From the NCBI RefSeq assembly GCF_000143415.4, contig NW_003314323.1, positions 686,499 through 750,498 of the forward strand: DNA of 64,000 bases, in the 5' to 3' direction. This document shows, piece after piece, positions 60,351 through 64,000 of this stretch. The first letter of the stretch is position 1; each line of letters begins with the position of its first letter. Position numbers and translations under genes: made by a program. The notes beneath the pieces are model-generated. The model was not told the origin of the DNA. It ran no database searches and worked only from the letters and a program-made list of their open reading frames with translations. This stretch comes from Selaginella moellendorffii. Its lineage: Eukaryota; Plantae; Lycopodiophyta.

Positions 60351-63279
60351 ATGAAACGAAAGAGCACGGAGCTGGGGGACGCAGGGATCGATCTGGAGAG
60401 GCGGCGGGATAGCAGCGACAATGCAACCACGGCGGCGTCGGTGTTTGCCCAGGGATGGGCGGTGGCTCCAAGAAGTGGCTCTCAATCGCGTGTGGCGGCA
60501 TCCAGCTCTAGCGTGGAGAACAGATTACCGCCAGCGTCGATGGAGCTGGTTCTAGCGACCGATGCCGGCGATGGTGATACCAACATGAACGATACCGGGG
60601 CCGAGGAGGAGGAGGAGGAGGACGATGGTGGCAATGACCACGTCGGGGACGTGACGCTTCGCCAGTGGCTGAGACCAGGGAGGACTGTCGATCGAGTGGC
60701 GTGTCTACACATCTTCAAACAGGTGCTGGAGTTCGTAGAGCTCGCACAGAAGCAAGGTGTGATTCTCCGGACTATCAGGCCATCCTGCTTCATGATCTCG
60801 CCTCTCCATCGCATCACCTTTATCGAGTCCGCCAGCAGCTCGGACAGATCTTCCGAGCACTCGACCGGGAGGGCCGCGGACTTTCCCGAGCAGGATATGG
60901 GAATGGAGGCCCAGAGAAATGTGGATGCCGCTGCTACCACCGCGCAGCCCGATGACCAGTGGACGTCTTCGTTCGATCCCAGCGAGCCCAGTAGCCACGA
61001 GATTGACGAGAACTTTCCTCTCCGACAAGTGCTGGCCAAGGAGCAAACCTGGTACACGAGTCCCGAGGAGCTTGCCGGTGGCGCTAGCTCGTTTGCATCG
61101 GATGTATACAGTCTCGGCGTGCTTTTTTTCGAGGTATGAGTTTGTTTTTCTCTTGTTTGTATTGTTGAAAAAGCTTGCCGACTTTGTTGCAGCTGTTCTG
61201 CGTCTTCTCCTCAAACATGGAATGGTCGAGAGCGATGTCTGATCTTCGCCACCGGATACTTCCTCCACGACTGCTTTCCGAGTCGCCGAAAGAGGCAGCG
61301 CTCTGTCTCTGGCTTCTTCATCCGGAGCCTCAGTCCCGGCCGAAAGCCAGGTCAGTCAGTGACATATGTGTATCGATGATTGAACCTGGGCATTATTTTC
61401 TTTCTAGGGAGATCTTCCAGTGCGAGCTATTCAGTGAGGCAGGAGAGGCTCTTGCCGAGCGTGAGGCGGCCGTGGACATTGAAGAGAAGGAAGCAGACTC
61501 GGCCTTGTTGCTAGAATTCCTTCTTCGTGTGCAACAGGAGAAGGAAGAGGCGGCCCAGAAGTTGTGTCGAGACGTGCAAGGCCTCAGCACAGACATCGAC
61601 GAGGTTGAGAAGCGTAGAGGGGTACTAAAACACAAGGGACTGATGGTAAGCCATGCAGAGAGGGACAGGATGTGGAGCCTTGGGGGGCCGAGGGATGAAA
61701 GTTTTGGTAGCTCTAGCAGGCACAGGCTAGATCTTTCGTTGCGGATGGAACCAACTAGAGTAGGAGGAGATGAAGCAGGGCCGTCCGAGGGGAATGACAT
61801 AGTTTCACCGGTGGCTGAGAGTAGGAGGCATAGCGAAGTTTTGTCCAGGAGTGCCCGACTGATGAGGAACTTTAGTCAGCTAGAGCAGGCTTATTTTTCA
61901 ATGAGGTGGAAAGTCGATCCTCCGGGAGTGGATATGGACGTGGACGGGCCTTCTTCTGGTGGTAAACAGATCGTAGAAGCTTCTCCGGTGGCTGGAAGTG
62001 CGAATGATCGTCTCGGGGGCTTCTTTGACAGCCTTTGCAAGTATGCCAGATACAGTCGGTTCGAAGTAAAGGCTACCTTGAGGCATGGGGACTTGCTCAA
62101 CACAGCCAACATGGTGTGCTCTCTCAGCTTCGATCGGGACGAGGAATTCTTTGCAACAGCTGGAGTGTGCAAGAAGATCAAGGTGTTCGAGTGCGATACG
62201 GTTCTCAACGAGCATGTTGACATTCATTACCCGGTGGTGGAGATGGCTAGCAGATCCAAGCTTAGCAATATCTGCTGGAATAGCTACATCAAGAGTCACC
62301 TTGCTTCAAGTGATTACGATGGTGTAATACAGGTACTCTTTGCGATTCATCTTCTGTGCAAACATGACACCTTCATTTTACGCAGCTTTGGGACGCTAGT
62401 ACCAGTCAGACACTCGTAGAGTACAAAGAACACGAGAAACGGGCGTGGTCTGTGGATTTTTCGCATGCAGACCCGACGAAGCTCGCAAGTGGTAGCGATG
62501 ATGGAACTGTAAAACTGTGGAGCATAAACCAGGTAGGAACAGCCGTATTTCTTTCTTATCATTTAAACTCAAATCCTTGTGTGTGTACTCCAGGAAGCAA
62601 GCACTGGAACGATTAAGACCAAAGCCAACGTTTGCTGCGTCCAGTTTCCTTCCGACTCAGCGCACTTACTTACCTTCGGCTCGGCTGACTACAAGATCTA
62701 TTGTTACGACTTGAGGAATACAAAGGGTCCCCTGTGCATCCTGTCGAGCCACAACAAGGCCGTGAGCTACGTAAGGTTCGTTGATTCCTCGACGATCGTC
62801 TCAGCCTCGACGGATAACACACTCAAGCTGTGGGACCTGAGCAAAGTGATGAGAAATGGAAACTCTAGCAACGCGTGCGGCTTGACTTACACGGGGCATA
62901 CAAACGAGAAGGTAGCGACTCTCTTTCGATATCTTCGTGTCTCTTACGTCGTGAACCGACTTGCTTGAGCAGAATTTCGTTGGATTGTCTGTATCCGATG
63001 GCTACATCGCGTGTGGCTCAGAGACAAACGCCGTAAGTCGACCGTAGCTTTTCTTTCGGAAACCTCTCATTCCATCCATTTTCGCAGGTGTTTTGCTATC
63101 ACAAGTCACTCCCGATGCCACTGGCGACTCACAAGTTTGGCTCCTCGGACCCGGTCTCCGGCCAGGAAAACGAAGACGATGGAGGTCAGTTTGTCTCGAG
63201 CGTGTGCTGGAGAGGCAAATCGCAGACTCTCCTCGCTGCAAACTCCATGGGAAACATCAAAGTCCTCGAGCTGGTTTAA
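60351..63279 (+). CDS. SPA: SUPPRESSOR OF PHYA-105 (SPA) family protein (kinase-like + coiled coil + WD40)
   Basis: [18 protein letters not shown]; [20 protein letters not shown]; [11 protein letters not shown]; CLWLLHPEP; [34 protein letters not shown]; [12 protein letters not shown]; GHTNEKNFVGLSV; [14 protein letters not shown]. Confidence 0.96.
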
Positions 63280-63309
63280 GCAGAGGAGTTGCAATTTTTG
63301 AGGAACGAA

Positions 63310-63650
63310 GAACAAAATATCTTCCTCCAAAGCTGTAAAGAGAAAAAGTGAGCTGTATCATTGTAAATGGTGGACGCAATTCCACGAAAGGTTTTTTCTT
63401 AAGATCGTCTTTACCCGTCCCAGCGTGCGCCACGTCGCCCTAGATTTAGGCCACACACGTGGCTAAAATATCAAGCTGGATATCCGAGACCATATCTCCG
63501 CACAATGCGCTGGCCGTTGGATCCGCGGAAATCAATCCCGACGCTCTGATTGGCCTCGGAAATCCATTACTTTATTTTGAATGCTTGCCACGTCGGATGG
63601 AAATATCTCCCAGGGCCCGCCACGTGTGCCGTGAAAGAAAGATATTTCGA
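63310..63650 (+). promoter_or_regulatory. Cluster of evening elements and G-box/ACGT boxes upstream of the PRR gene
   Basis: AAAATATCT 63314-63322; AAAATATCA ~63465; AAATATCT ~63601; AGATATTT ~63640; GCCACGTC ~63429 and ~63587; CACGTGGC ~63456; GCCACGTG ~63619. Confidence 0.75.
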
Positions 63651-63798
63651 TCGTTGGCTACTTGACGACGGGGTTTTCTGTGGTTTGTGGAGTGTCTCAT
63701 TCTAGGTTTTTGCCCTGGATCGAGGTTTGTAGCGCGATTTTTGCGAGGAATTCGGCTGTGCGCGGCCCGATTTCGAGGTCAGATCGCCCAATGGTGCG

Positions 63799-64000
63799 AT
63801 GACAATGAGGCAGGCAGGGATTCTTGATGCGCCGAATGGCGCGGGCGCTGGAATTGGCGGGGAGAGTGGGAAATTGAGGCCACACTCACAGCACGGTGAA
63901 GGGTGGGAAAATCTTCCTCCATACAAGCAGCTCAAAGTCCTCCTCGTTGAAGATGATGATTCCACGAGGCATGTCGTGGCTGCTTTGCTACGCAATTGTG
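63799..64000 (+). CDS. PRR7: Pseudo-response regulator, PRR3/7 clade (5' partial)
   Basis: Translation reaches WENLPPYKQLKVLLVEDDDSTRHVVAALLRNC, the start of the receiver-like domain; continues beyond the window. Confidence 0.9.
   Translation, partial: MTMRQAGILDAPNGAGAGIGGESGKLRPHSQHGEGWENLPPYKQLKVLLVEDDDSTRHVVAALLRNC

Overview
Gene-dense eukaryotic (land-plant) nuclear DNA with very short introns (mostly ~50-60 nt) and tiny intergenic spacers. These traits, the expanded PLS-class PPR genes and a motile-cilium gene (BBOF1-like) point to a flagellated-sperm plant, most likely the lycophyte Selaginella (inferred, not checked). About 24 intact or partial spliced genes can be read, in order: HNH-like conserved protein, RPL29, PEX16, VPS37, GLYK, a membrane-anchored methyltransferase-like protein, a large Gly-rich membrane protein, PLS-PPR, OEP16, 1-Cys peroxiredoxin, an NMT1/THI5-like binding protein, FANCL, RECQ1-like, TRAIP-like, a MADS-box gene missed by the ORF track, two tandem TBL genes, DRM/ARP, P-class PPR, BBOF1-like, DUF688-like, PLS-PPR, fabG, SINAT, a LEA-like protein, a macrodomain protein, SPA and the 5' end of a PRR7-like gene. 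Two accessory zones interrupt this: a pseudogene and rearranged Ty3/gypsy relic zone (~14.0-19.5 kb, plus 22.7-24.3 kb) and a very AT-rich, CpG-depleted 2.6-kb block (52.85-55.44 kb). Highlights: (1) a tight FANCL<->RECQ1->TRAIP replication/crosslink-repair trio with only 64 bp between the divergent start codons; (2) an intron-containing, bacterial ThiY-like binding protein lacking Thi5 catalytic residues; (3) a hidden, divergent type I MADS-box gene; (4) a likely thylakoid-lumen LEA-like protein under an ABRE+RY promoter; (5) a PPR with periodic ~15-18-aa insertions; (6) a symmetric micro-exon array, including a 6-nt exon, in a TBL gene. All calls come from manual reading and motif recall, with no database search.
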